Below are positions 11,901-24,056 of a stretch of DNA of 42,684 nt, in pieces. The notes below the pieces were generated by a model, which was given only the letters and a program-made list of their open reading frames with translations, ran no database searches and was not told the DNA's origin. Source of the DNA: Chiloscyllium plagiosum (lineage: Eukaryota). Positions within the stretch are counted from its first letter, which is position 1. Every line of letters starts with the position of its first letter. Both the position numbers and the translations under genes were made by a program. The stretch spans positions 86,661 to 129,344 of the forward strand of contig NC_057750.1 in assembly GCF_004010195.1 (NCBI RefSeq). The letters are read 5' to 3'.

Positions 11901-12270
11901 AGATGGATAAACAGACAAAGAGATAGACAGAAGGACAGATATAAAGGCAGAATATTGCAGATGTTGGAACTCTGAAATGAACACAGAAGGTGCTAGAGAA
12001 GCTTAGCAAGTCTGGCAACAACAATAGAGTGAATAACAGAGCTGACATTTTGAGTCTGGTATGATTCTTCCACACAATAGTAATTCTGGATAATCAAGGT
12101 TCCGAAACAGAGTTATACTGGATCTGAAACATTAACTCTGTTTCTGTCTCCACAGATGCTGCCAGACCTGCTGAGACTCTCCAGCACGTTCTGTGTTTGT
12201 TGTAGATAGATAGACAGAAAGATGGATAGACAGATACATAGAAGCTAGAAAGATGGATGGGTAGATAGAC
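11901..12270. repeat. Degenerate (GATA/GACA/GATG)n microsatellite split by a PLE insertion
   Basis: AGATGGATAAACAGAC..GATAGACAG before 11943 and GATAGATAGACAG..GATGGATGGGTAGATAGAC after 12201. Confidence 0.7.
11943..12201. mobile_element. Degenerate palindromic Penelope-like element
   Basis: Left arm TTGCAGATGTTGGAACTCTGAAATGAACACAGAAGGTGCTAGAGAAGCTTAGCAAGTCTGGCA; right arm TGCTGCCAGACCTGCTGAGACTCTCCAGCACGTTCTGTGTT. Decayed hammerhead halves near the centre (GAGTTATACTGGATCTGAAACATTAACT). Confidence 0.75.
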
Positions 12271-13631
12271 ACGATATTTTGCCACTTCTGTCACAATGAG
12301 ATAAAGACGGCAAAAAGATATATTTTGGTGAAGGATTGTTCTAGTGAAAAGAAGGAGATAAAATGAATTGAATTAAAAATAATGATAGGAAGAGGGTGTG
12401 AAAAATTGAAATCACAGACAAGGAAACTGTAAGAAATCTGCTCATCTTATTCTGAAGCTGAGCTTTCTCGCAAACTCTTTCAGTTTATTAAATCTCATTT
12501 TATGACGATTTGGCATCTATTTATGTACTGAAACTAAGATAGATGCAAAAGGTTGCAGGCTCAGGACAAATCTGAACCACACTGTGAAAAATTAATCTCA
12601 CTGTCATTCTGTTTTAAGGTTGATAGCATGTTCTTTTGCTCCATCGACTTGCTGCATAAGGTCAGTCAGATTCTGAGACAGCTTTTTCTAATAAAGGCCG
12701 TATGCTGCATTTGACACAATTTCCCAGAGGGCGTCTTTATGGAAAAATAAAGTGGCATCTCTTTATGGAGCCAAACGAAGTTTCTAAGTCAATCAGAAAA
12801 GGCCAAGGTACATGGCCTGATGCGAGAGCAGAGAGATTTGGGACAAGAGAATTGGTCATAAGCTAGCCATTGATTCCTGCTCAGTCTCTGTCCCTCTGGG
12901 GGATATGGCTGAGGACAGCACCTGACTGGTCAGGACTCAGGGTCTGGGCCCGAGTGTTGGATGATCCACGTGGGTGAAAGAATCTTGGATCAAGGTCACC
13001 TTCAAAGTCCAAAGGAACTCATGCCAGACTCTAGTTCCCCAGAATTACCTCAGTCAGAGGGACAGAGGACAAAAACATACCAGGATATAGTGTCAGGAGG
13101 AAGTGGAAGGGGTGAAAGCAATGTTGTTGTGAAAAACCTCTTGCTGTAATTTTCACTTGGAGTTCCTGGCAGGATGAAGGTCAGTTATTGGACAGATGTG
13201 GAGATAGAGTGAGTTTTCGTCCGTGACTGTTACAAATCTTATCCTTTCAGCAAACATGATGTTACATCTGAAACAAGTGAGTCATTTTCATGTCGTTCTT
13301 TTATGTTTCTCTCCATTTCCTTGTTAAAAAAACCTGACATTTGAACAATATGAAAGGTCAATGTCTTTGATATGGGTTTAATATGATCTTACACTTTTAC
13401 TGAATCATTGCAGCCTTTCAAAGCAGGAAACTGCTGATGGATCCAAAACCAAACAACCTGAGATCTTTCCCTTGGGAATTTTGTACATTTCCCATTGGGA
13501 GCTGTGATTAAAGGGAATTCTCTGGGAGATTTTGAGCTGCACCCTTGCTCATTGCACATATTATGCTGCACAACTACCCTGTGTGCGGGCAGTGAATTCA
13601 CCATCACTAAGGACCTCACTGATTGCTGGAG

Positions 13632-13926
13632 CAGGGGACCTGGGTTTGATTCGAGCCTCAGGTGACTGTCTGTGTGGAGTTTGCACATTCTCATCGTGTC
13701 TGCATGGGCTTCCTTTGGGTGCTTTGGTTTCCTTCCCAGTCCAAAGATGTGCAGGTTAGGTGGTTTGGCTATGCTAAATTGCCCTTAGTGTTCAGGATGT
13801 GCAGTGTAGGTGGGTTAGCCATGGGAAATGCAGGGTTACAGGAATAGTGTAGGGGTCTGGGTCTGGGTGGGATGCTCTCTGGAGGGGTGGTGTGGGCTAG
13901 ATAGGTCAAATGCTGTAGGGATTCTA
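13632..13926 (+). mobile_element. HE1-like V-SINE
   Basis: B-box-like GGTTTGATTCG followed by the V-domain GACTGTCTGTGTGGAGTTTGCACATTCTC..CCAAAGATGTGCAGGTTAGG and a LINE-like tail. Confidence 0.85.
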
Positions 13927-14181
13927 GACCCTGCATTGTCTCCCATAGAGGAATTTACTTCTTCACAGAAAAGTTTTGTCTTCATGCTCAATTAATCCTG
14001 ACATGGATTGATATAAAATTGCAGAAAATCCATCAACCTCATGATTACATGGTTCAACAAGAAAATTCCCCTCCCTGAACTCTCATACACTCAGTCCTTC
14101 TGCTCACTCCCCTCCACACTGATCTCATCATCAAGCTCTCCCTTGCTGTTTTCTGAGGCTCTGATGATGATTGGGTTGTTT

Positions 14182-15110
14182 GATGAGGAATGATGGATAG
14201 ACTGGATTTATTTCCATTGGAGTTTAGAAGATTCTGGAAGTGTTCTTCAACAAAGAGACCTTGGAGTGGAAGTTCATAGTTCCTTAAAAGTAGAGTCACA
14301 GGTAGATAGGATAGTAAAGAAAGCGTTTAGTATGCTTGCTTTTATTGGTTAGTGCACTGAGTACAGGAATTGGGAGGTCATGTTGCAGCTGTACAGGACC
14401 TTGATTAGACCGCTTTTGGAATATTGTGTGCAATTCTAGTCTCGCTGCTATAGGAAGTTTGTTGTAAAACTTAAAAAGGTTCAGAAAAGATTTATAAGGA
14501 TGTTGCCAGGATTGGAGAGTTTGAGCTGTAAAGAGAGGCTGAATAGGCTGGGGAGTTTTTCCCTGGAGTGTCAGAGGCTGAGGAGTGACCTTATAGAGGT
14601 TTATAAAATTTTGAGGGCCATGGATAGGTTAAATAGACAAGGTGGGAGAGTCCAAAACTAGAGGGTAATGGTTTAAGATGAAAGGGGAAAGATTTAAAAG
14701 AGACCTAAGGGGCAACATTTTCACTCAGAGGGCAGTGCACGTATGGAACAAGCTGCCAGAGGAAGTGGTGGAGGGTGGTACAGCTACAACATTTAAAAGG
14801 CATCAGGATGGGTATATGAATAGGAAGGGTTTAGAGGGAAATGGGCTAAATACTGGCAAATGATTAATTTAGGATAACAGGTCGACGTGGATAGGTTGGG
14901 CCAAAGAGTCTGTTTCCATTATGTACATCTATATGACTCTATGACTCTATGAATGAGCGAATGATTTGATTGAAGTGTATCAGATTCTGAAGTGGTCTGG
15001 CCACGGTGGATGGGAAAAAGATGGTTTCTGTTGTGGGTTAGTCCAGAATTAGGGATCAATGTTTAAAATTAAGGGTCACCCTTTCAGGACAGGAATGAGG
15101 GGAATATTTT
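14182..15110 (+). mobile_element. Older CR1 fragment split by a younger CR1 (pieces about 14182-14232 and 14953-15110)
   Basis: ..TTTCCATTGGAGTTTAGAAGA and GAATGAGCGAATGATTTGATTGAAGTGTATCAG.. join into the continuous CR1 motif (SLEFRRMRGDLIEVY). Confidence 0.6.
14250..14952 (+). mobile_element. CR1-clade LINE 3' fragment
   Basis: ORF 14678-14863 GERFKRDLRGNIFTQRAVHVWNKLPEEVV; (CTATGACT)n tail at about 14930-14952. Confidence 0.9.
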
Positions 15111-15112
15111 TG

Positions 15113-15875
15113 GACAGAGTGCTGCACATTGCCACACTCAATACTGAGGGAGTGCTGCATTGTCAGAGGATCAGTGCTGAGGGAGCACCGCATTGTCAGA
15201 GGGTCAATACTGTGGGAGTGCCACACTGTCGGAGTCAGTGCTGAGGACGTGGTGTACTGTCAGAGGGTCAGTACTGAGGGAGCACTGCACTATCGAAGGG
15301 TCAGTACCAAAGAAGTGCGTAGTGTCAGAGGGTCACTGCTCAGGGAGTTCTGGACTGTTGGAGAGTCAGTATTGAGGGAACGCCGCACTATCTAAGGATC
15401 AGTGCTGAGGGAATGTTGCACTATTGGATGCTCAATACTGAGGGACTGCTGCACTGTCAGAGGTTCAATGCTGAAGGAATGCCGAACTGTCAGAGGGACA
15501 GTGCTGAGGGAGTGCCACACTATCGGAGGATCAGTGCTGAGGGAATACTGCACTGTCAGAGGGTCAGTAATGAGGGAGGGCCGCACTGTCGGAGATGTTA
15601 TTTTTGAAATACTGTGCTAAACCAAGGTCTGGTCTGCCCTTGCAGGGTCAAAAATGTCGTGTAGCAATTTATGAAGAGGTTCAGAATTTCTCACCCAGTC
15701 CAAACAATGTCCGTGATTTTGAGTTGTCCCTTTGTTGATTGTGGGAGTTAGCCATTCTCATGTTTCCCACATTTCAGTAGAGATTAGATTTCCAGAGCAA
15801 ATTCCATCGGCTGGAAAGGTATTTGGATGATCTTGAGAATCAAATAGGTCCAATATAAATGTACTTTCTTTTTTC
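15113..15875 (+). mobile_element. Deu-domain SINE (SacSINE1/AmnSINE1-like) with internal tandem expansion
   Basis: CAGTACTGAGGGAGTGCTGCACTGTCGGAG..TAAACCAAGGTCTGGTCTGCCCT matches the Deu core as I recall it; L2-like tail ..ATATAAATGTACTTTCTTT. Confidence 0.7.
15139..15593. repeat. 33-bp tandem array CAGTACTGAGGGAGTGCTGCACTGTCAGAGGGT, about 14 diverged copies
   Basis: Visible periodicity; 11-aa repeat ORFs (SVLRECCTVRG). Confidence 0.92.
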
Positions 15876-17067
15876 ATTTAAAGTCTTGCAACTGAGGGGA
15901 TCTTGAATATTTGGGCAAAAATAATGAGCTCTAAAAAATCGAATTCTGTTCCTGACCAAATCACGGATCATTTTGGCTGTCATTCAGTCCCTTGACACTG
16001 TTAACTCCACCTGTCTGCAATAAATCAGCTGCAACATATTTTCTTGCTCATTTTTTAATCAGTGTATTGATTTTTTTTCCTCTCTCACAGACCAACCAAG
16101 TCTCTCTACAAAATCAATGGTGAAAGTGTCAGCTTAAAAATAAGCCAGCAATAATCACAGTAGGACAACCGATAGTGAGTTTGAGCTTCCATGAATTATA
16201 GACTAGCAGGGAAGGTGCTGCAGGGGATCTGTATTATCAGCATTTCAGCACCAGACGCAGGCTCGCAATTACTGATCCATTCATAGAATTACTTCTTAAT
16301 TCGTTGCTTTGGATGATGGGGATTGTGGGGTTTGGGCTGTAAAGGGGATGATTTCTCTTCCTTCTGTTTTCTGGAGGTTTGATTGAGGCAGGACACACAG
16401 CTGTGAAAACACAAAACTATCAGCGATCCTCTGTTTGACTCTCTCACAGTTAGATCGTTCCTACTCTCTCAGAGAAATAGCTGTTCCGGTGTAATCAAAG
16501 GAGAGATTTATAGCGTGTTCTTATTTCCACTGGGAACTGAATCGAAGTAAAAACCCATTTCATTTTTCAACACTAATCAGATTGAAAAGGTATTCATAAA
16601 AGTCTGCCTGGGCCCAGTTTCAAAGGCAAGGCAGGTGGTACAGGGCTAGTGTTCCCCTGATCCACACACTGCCCACTGAATACTCACTGTAGTCAGTACA
16701 AAGTACAAAGCTCCTGCTCAGGGATATATTCATGTTTTGCTTTCAATTTACTCTAATGTTGTACTCATGAAATTCAATTTATTGCTTTGTAACAATCCAA
16801 TCAAACCTCCAACAAAGTTATTTTTGGTAAGATATTTGATTTTGAGGTTGTAATCAGACAGGCTCTGTACATATTCTCAGTTTGGATTGAAATGTAAATG
16901 TCTTTTCCTAATTAGCAAAGCCTTGTAGCCTATACCATGAGTCACACTCACTGTCAGCGCTTCAGAAAAATACTGAGTACATGCAATGTTGTACTCACTG
17001 ACACGTAACTTCTCACTCCCTGCTTCTTCGTTTCATTCCATGTTCTTAATCTTTGTCCTTCTCCTTT

Positions 17068-17581
17068 ATAGGAACGATGTGATGGCACTGGAGAGGGTGC
17101 AGGGGAAATTTACCAGGATATAGGGCCTAGGCTGGATGGTTTCAATTATGAAAGGAGATTAGACAGACTGGGCTTGGTTTCCTAAGACTGGAGGAGCCTG
17201 AGAGGTGATATGATTGAGATGTGTAAAATGATGAGGGGGGTTAGACAGGAAAAAACTTTTCCCATTGCTGGAGTACCCAATGATTGGGAGGTGGGGCACA
17301 GATTTAAGGTAAGGGGTAGGAGGTTTAGTGGGAATGTGAGGAAAGAAAGACCTTTTTCCCCCAGAGGGTGGCGGGACTCTGGAACTCCCTGCCTGTAATG
17401 GTGGGAGAAGCAGAAGCCCTCATCACATTGAAGATGGATTTAGATGTGCATTTTTGATGCCAAGGCACACAAGGTTATGGGCCAAGTGCTGGGGAATGGG
17501 GTTAGAATAGTTGGGTGGCTGTTTTTGAACAGTGCAGATATGATGGTCTAAAAGGCCCTTTTCTGTACTGCAAATCTCTAG
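17068..17581 (+). mobile_element. CR1-clade LINE 3' fragment
   Basis: DVMALERVQGKFTR and LRGDMIEMCKMMRG motifs, GHRFKVRGRRFSGNVRK, then a 3' UTR. Confidence 0.82.
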
Positions 17582-18184
17582 GGTTCCTTCCGTTATCTTT
17601 TCTTCTTTTCCAGCTTTTCATCCTGTTTCTCCTGGGTGTGTACCAATATCTGGAGTGTTTCATTAGTTCTGTGCAGTCAGTGAAATTAAATTAAAATATC
17701 TAATCCCTCAGCCACGCCTTCTCACTGCCTGGTCACATGATCAGGTTGGTCCTCCATATTCCTTCCTGTTTGCGAAGTGTTGTTGAGGTCATTCCTGCTC
17801 AGGGTAATGTTGAATATATTCCTCCTGCCTTGATCACAAGATTCTTCCATTTCCAACAGATCTACCCTCCCTATCCAGCCAATCCGTTAATGATTCTATC
17901 TGTAAACTATTCGCAATCAAAGAAACGTGTGGTTTTCACTGCCTCCAGGCATTTCTTTAAGAAAGGCAGGTGTGGGGAGAGACTAGCCATCACTATTTAC
18001 CAGACGGAGTTTCCCTTGAAGGAACGGTGATCAGATGTGGAGTTGCAACAGGGCCCACAATTTCTGGAAGGAGGTGCCAAGGGACAGTCTCGGGGGAACA
18101 TGTAACTCTCTGTCATACACAACCTCTGCCAGTTTCCCAGAACCACCTTCCATCAGTCAGACAGAATGAAGATTAATGTAGCTG

Positions 18185-18342
18185 CACTGAAAACAGATTC
18201 TTTCCAAAATACTTGACATTTTTTGGGTCAGTAATGGTTCACATGGATTTGGGGAAAAGGCAGCAAATTGGCATAATGTAATACACCAGTATAGGCACAA
18301 TGGGCCAAATGGCCTCCTTGTGTACTGTAAATAATTCTGTAA
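18185..18342 (+). mobile_element. Degenerate CR1 3' tail
   Basis: GGGGAAAAGGCAG..ATGGGCCAAATGGCCTCCTTGTGTACTGTAA..TTCTGT, the CR1 3' UTR hairpin motif. Confidence 0.6.
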
Positions 18343-20382
18343 AATACAATTCAAGTTCAGATCAACCTGTGGGCATTTTTATGTTCCTGTTCACTGTCAC
18401 ACATTCTCCCACTCTGTCTGTGGGACTGACATCTCTCCAATGGTGCAAGTAATTTTTCTTCATGTGTGAGCTTTGCTTCAGAACTGGATTATCAATGAAA
18501 CCTCTGATTGCCTGTTGGACCCAGTATCAGACTGAGTGGTTTATTACTGACTCAACTGTGAGGGGAGCAGAAATTTGAATGAAGTGACTAATGTCTCTGG
18601 GAGGACCCACACAGTGAAGGGGTTTATAAGAAAAACTAGCAGCTTCAAATTCCAAAACAATGAGGAGGGCCCATAGAATTGATTAATCAGAAAATGTTAC
18701 AATTTTCTTGAGGCCTGTGATACTGTCAAACTCTCCCACATCACAAAAACCTTAAGAACAGAAGAGAAATTCCCTGTTACATTTTATAAACAGCTCCTGC
18801 AATCTGAATTGGATCTTAGGATAAATCAACACTTATCAATGCAATAGGTAAGAAGGGAATTAAATGAACACAGAAGGAGAAAGAATAAATTGTTATAAAG
18901 GAAGTGGAGGAGCTTAGATATGGAGCTGGCTCTTGAGATATAACAGATTTGCTGCAACCACTTGCTCTCTGATTTAACTTTAACCTTAAACTGCTCCCTC
19001 ATGAACCTCTTATATATTTATTCTGAGTGTATAGGTCCTGGACCAATTTTGGCTTCTCAACTTGGAAAAGAATTGTCAATGGATAATGAGTAAGAAACTG
19101 GATAGATAGATTCTCCCTTCGCCAATACTTTCCCACCTTGCTAGTGCCCAGTGGAGGATCTTCACTGTTAGATGTAAACAGCCAGCGACCCAGACTGTGT
19201 TGTAATTAACATTCACTGTGGGAGGGTATTTGATATTTCAGGGAGAGAATACTTTGATGTTTTGCAAAAGCAGATAATCCCTAATGCATCAAAATGTGGG
19301 AGCTAAGTGAATTTTTCGATGTGATATGCATTTCAGCAATGTACAAGCAAAGACAAAGGATTAGGAATTGCCTCTTTCAGTACATGCCTCACAGAGCCTC
19401 CTGATTATCATTTACAAGCAATATACCATATAAATCGAGAAGTAAAACATTCATGACTTGGAGACAAAAATGTCTTGAGACATGGAACCAGCCAGAGCTG
19501 TTTCTGTGTCGACAGCTGTGTCCTTTAATGCAAGCTCAGAGCCGAGCCTGGTTGAAGGTCACCTGTCTACAGGATTTCATTCCATTCCAAAGAGGTTCAA
19601 TTATTCTCAACAGTAACCTCTGATCTATCTCAGCTGAAATAGGATTGAGTTTCCATGACACCCAGCACTTGTTTCTTGTTGGCTCTTCTTTCCAGAAAGC
19701 CGTTAGAAGCTGGAGATATTGTGTCACTGGGGTGAATGTAGGTTCCCCTGTCAGATAAGGAAACTCACAGCCCTGTATGGAAATGAGTTACAATTTGTGG
19801 TAAATGCCAAATGGATAATAGTTTAAGCCTCATGGAACATCCAAAACATTTCCATTGTTCTGTTGTCAGCATCAATGGTGCTTTCATCTCTTTAATATTT
19901 GTCAGAATAATCTTCCTGGCTATTGGGAGTGAACAGTAGAAGTTGCAGGTGCTGAAGGGTGAACAGCAGTTATTCACTGGTAAGAGGGCTCAGATTAGCT
20001 TTGGTGTGCTAACAATTGCTGCTAATGAGCTTTTTTCTTGCATTACAAGACACTTACTTCCGCTTCTGCTTTTTCAACCAATTTGTTTGCAAGAACCAAT
20101 TCTCAACGCAATTGTGAAGTGTGGATTCTGGGGATATGGGGAAAGAGCAGTTTTTTAGGGTGGGGCAAATGTGGCTGTGATTATTCCTCCAGAGTTAAAC
20201 GGGTCCCCTAACTCTAGAGCCTAGATTTCCTCACCCTCCTAGGGATAAGGATACAAGTGTGACCTACTGGTCTAATCCACGGGTTTGAATTGACAACGTT
20301 TAACACACAGAATGAAGCATGACATGGGGATGGGAGGAGAAAGTAAAGGAGATGTGAAGTGGAGGCTGTGAAGGGCAAGTAA

Positions 20383-20616
20383 TTGATTTTATGTAAGACA
20401 GAAACAGATAGGCTCTTGATTGTTAAGAGGATCAAGGGTTACAGGGAGAAGGCAGGAGTTGAGAAACATATCAGTCATGATTGAATGAAAGAGCAGACTC
20501 AATGGGCTGAGTGGCATCATTCTGCTCTGAAATCTTATATTGAAGATCAACCAGGACCATGCTGTTAAATGGTGTAATGATCGCCCACATCTACTCCCAT
20601 TTCTTATGGTCTTATG
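20383..20616 (+). mobile_element. One or two short CR1 3' tails
   Basis: GATCAAGGGTTACAGGGAGAAGGCAGGAG..CATGATTGAATG..ATGGGCTGAGTGGC; tail TCTTATGGTCTTATG. Confidence 0.7.
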
Positions 20617-23448
20617 TCATGAGAGTGCTGCCACTGAACTTGCTGAACTGGTGTCAATGCAGCACCCTGGTCAGCAGGACAGTGTCCAGGACAGATGGAC
20701 AGAGTGAAGAGGACTTCACTGAAGTAGTGAACAATGCAGAGAGACAAAGAAGGGGAATGATTGCAGGCAGGTTCTCCATTATCTTAATTCCATTTGTAAA
20801 TTTTTAATTAACCAGCGAAACGGTAAATCAACTGTACCAGATTTTCTTGTTGCTTGTTTTAAAGTTGCTGGATGAAGCAATTTTTACTTCACTGTCATCG
20901 TGGAAATAAACATTTTCATTTTGGGATAAAAAGCTTTGGTGTGAATCACTCTAACTGGTGACAGAATCATTACTGTGCAATTTACAATCGAAACATTTTA
21001 CTCAGTGTGTCACTCAAACAAACAGCTGATTGCCTCCAATAGGGGCAGCCTCTGCTAAACAGTGTAACATATTTCAGGCTCAGAGTCCCAGGTCCATTGT
21101 GCTCATCATAGGGGCAATTAACAGTTTTCAAAGATATTTGTCACAAATATCAACATGAAGATATGGCATCAATGATGGCAAGTATGACCATGTTGACAGA
21201 GAAACTGAACTTCTCATAGAGAAATTTTAAATTTGATTGTATGTTCACACAGCCATTTCAATCATTGGGCTCCTCAAAATGTCACAACAATAAAGGGCTG
21301 AAGAACAGGAGATCAACAAGCTCCAGGATTTTTTCCTTTGCTGCATTAATATGGAGTAGATTTTTATGCAGGAAAGGATGAGGGTAATGATGGTAAATCA
21401 TTCTTCTCCCTCATATCAAACATTTCCTTTGTAAACTGACTGGGAGATTTCAGTTACAGTTCTAACAAATTAAGGGAGCACATTGTAAAATGTATACCTC
21501 TGCCATGCTACTATGTTCATTCAATCACCCATTTGTCTGATTTGGTTTTGTTCCCTGCTTATGGTGTGTAACAACAAAGCTGAAAAATTACTTCTGGTAA
21601 CATCTGGTAAGATGGAGATCTTTCTGAGGAAGCTTTGGACAAGATTATATCAAACAACCTGGTTTACAAACTCTGCTCACATTTTGATAGCTGTGACAAA
21701 TTTCACCAAAGCAGCTGAGAAATTGCACACCATTCTAGAAGAGAATTTTAATTCACTCTCTCAGTGTTAACCAATGAACCTTTTGGAAAGTTCCAGGTGT
21801 GAATCCTCATTCTCAACTTTGACAAAACAAAGCAAATTAGTTCTTCCATGGATCATAGTCCCTCTGGGTACCACATATTTTTAATATCCATTTGTTACTT
21901 TTTGAGGATATATTTTTACAATAAAACAAAAGGCGAGAAAATATTACCAAAGACCAACATATATGGCAGACATAATTATCAGTATGCCCTTACAAGGAAC
22001 GTATTTGAAAGTTTCACCCTCTTAACCATTAATTTTACCATGAATTAAAATTGCAAGTGAGAAGGTAGGATTCATTTATTATTGTAGTTCAATTACTAAT
22101 ACCTTTGGAATAATCTGATCCATTGTGTTTCCTTCCAACTGCAGGCTTCCTTCTAATACTGGCCGCACAATTGTTTCATAGATAAGGGAAATACTCTCAC
22201 AGTTACATATGATCCTCAGAAAGAGAGCCATTTAGTTCAATTCTCAGAACTCAAGTAGAAATTGTGGTTCAAAACCAATTCCATGTTTCAATTCTTGTCA
22301 ATGTTTTGTAGCCTAATCAATTATGAAAGGAATGTATTTTGATAGAATTCTTTCTTGGATAACTTTCAAAGGACCCCTGTGAACAATGTTGTCTCTTCCA
22401 TTTTCAACTCTGAAATTAGCCAAAGTGTGCCTTGATGAGCATAAGTTCACAGCCCCTTAATACATATTCAACAAGATTACTGTACAGACATAACAAGTAT
22501 CAATATATTGGGGTTGGAAAGGGAACATGAATTTAATAAATAGCAAAGAGCCACTATTAAAATATTACATAACACTGGACAATGTGAGAGTAACTGATAT
22601 TGCCAACTGTGAAACATTGGAAATGTCAATGAAAGTATTATGACACCCCACTCAATTTGCAAAACAAATGTGATAATTACAGTTTTGTTAATATGTGTAC
22701 TCCTGGACAACATCCTTGTAAGAAAGTACAGATCATTTCATTCTTATTAAAAGATCATCTTTGATAATCTAAAACAGCTCTTTGATTTAACACTGACTTG
22801 CGTTTCCATTAAATTGGATCATAAGTTTTTCAAACAAATGATTGACCTTCCACATTTGTCAATGCAGGGATTTGCTCTTAATGTCAGGAGTCTGGTGTTG
22901 ACTTGTTGTTTGGAGCGCGAAAGAAGGGGGAGTACAGGGTGAGAGTGACACTGTTTCATTGTATTGATTCAAGAAGGTTATTTGAAAAATAAATTTAACC
23001 AAATTTTTCTCTTTTTTCGTTATTGACTTTTTACTGCAGCTAATGTCTGGAGTAATAAGGTGAAGTAAAGATTATTTTACTTTCCCATGCAGGCAGCACA
23101 GACCATTTAACAATTATTTTCATACTTTGGTACTAGATATAATTTGGGTTAATCTCTTGATTTAATTTTTCTATTGCTTTTCCACTTGGTTGAATATTAT
23201 TGAGATAAATTTGACCAACTGTAACCTTGCATGACTGCACTACTTCTATACTTGTTACAAAGGCAATAATTAAATCTCCAGATACCAGTACAAGATTGAA
23301 TAGGACTGTAATTCATGTTGTGCTATTACTTCTTCATTGCCACACTAGCATCTCTGTCCTTCCTCTTCACTTCCCTTCCTTTTTGAAGATTTCAGACTTA
23401 ATAGATTTTGGTTTGATAGATATTGAACTCCCTCAGATACTGACCAGA

Positions 23449-23670
23449 AGGTAAAGTTATCAAAGTCCTACCAAATCACAGGCTGCTCTCTCATTAAAGG
23501 GAAATGGCTGGTGGTGGTTTAACTTGAGGGTCACCATGCCTCAGGTGAGTGGAGAGATTGAGAAGGACAGTCCTTCATGGTAACCTCAGCTGGTGAGGGA
23601 ATTGAACCCATGTACTGGTTGCATCATGCTATATTTTAAGCCACTGTCCAGCTAACTGAGATAACTAATC
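23449..23670 (-). mobile_element. tRNA-headed SINE (family unassigned)
   Basis: Minus-strand A-box-like TCTCAGTTAGCTGG and B-box GGGTTCAATTCCC, followed by a body of about 150 bp. Confidence 0.65.
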
Positions 23671-23844
23671 ACGTAAGATACTGAATGTCATCAGATAGCT
23701 GAGGGAGAGTGGGAAACTCAGTGATTTATGAACTTGAGGATTTCACTTCCAGTATTACTGCTGCATAGAGGATCTATCACAGCATTCACTATTTGATTGA
23801 AGAACAGAGTGTAGAAGAAGGGGTTTATAGAGTTGGAGAATACA

Positions 23845-24056
23845 AATGATTTGGAGATGCCAGTGTTGGACTGGGGTGTACAAAGTTAAAATCACATGAC
23901 ACGAGATTATAGTCCAACAGGTTTAATTGAAAGCACTACTTTCGGAGCGACGCTCCTTCAGCAGAGGAACCACCTGATGCAGGAGCAGCGCTCCGAAAGC
24001 TAGTGCTTCCAATTAAACCTGTTGGACTATAACCTGGTGTCGTGCGATTTCTAACT
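23845..24056. mobile_element. Palindromic Penelope-like element (third subfamily) with TSD
   Basis: Inverted arms about 23884-23964 and 23974-24056 with a 9-nt spacer. Direct repeat GAGAATACA at 23836-23844 and 24057-24065. Both arms start in a hammerhead-like core. Confidence 0.85.
23971..24005 (+). ncRNA. Minimal type-I hammerhead ribozyme, probably inactivated
   Basis: CAC-CTGATGC-A-GGAGC-AGC-GCTCC-GAAA-GC-TA-GTG. Stem I CAC/GTG, stem II GGAGC/GCTCC, palindromic AGCT in place of stem III. The core CUGAUGA is altered to CUGAUGC. Confidence 0.7.

Noticed and set aside
12961..13149. 62-aa ORF with protein-like composition
   Set aside because: No recognisable homology or supporting splice or start context; length is within chance expectation.
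15129..15620. Cys/His-rich ORFs resembling zinc-finger or metallothionein repeats (also 37106-37387)
   Set aside because: Translation of the 33-bp SINE-derived array; no consistent C2H2 spacing and frames are broken.
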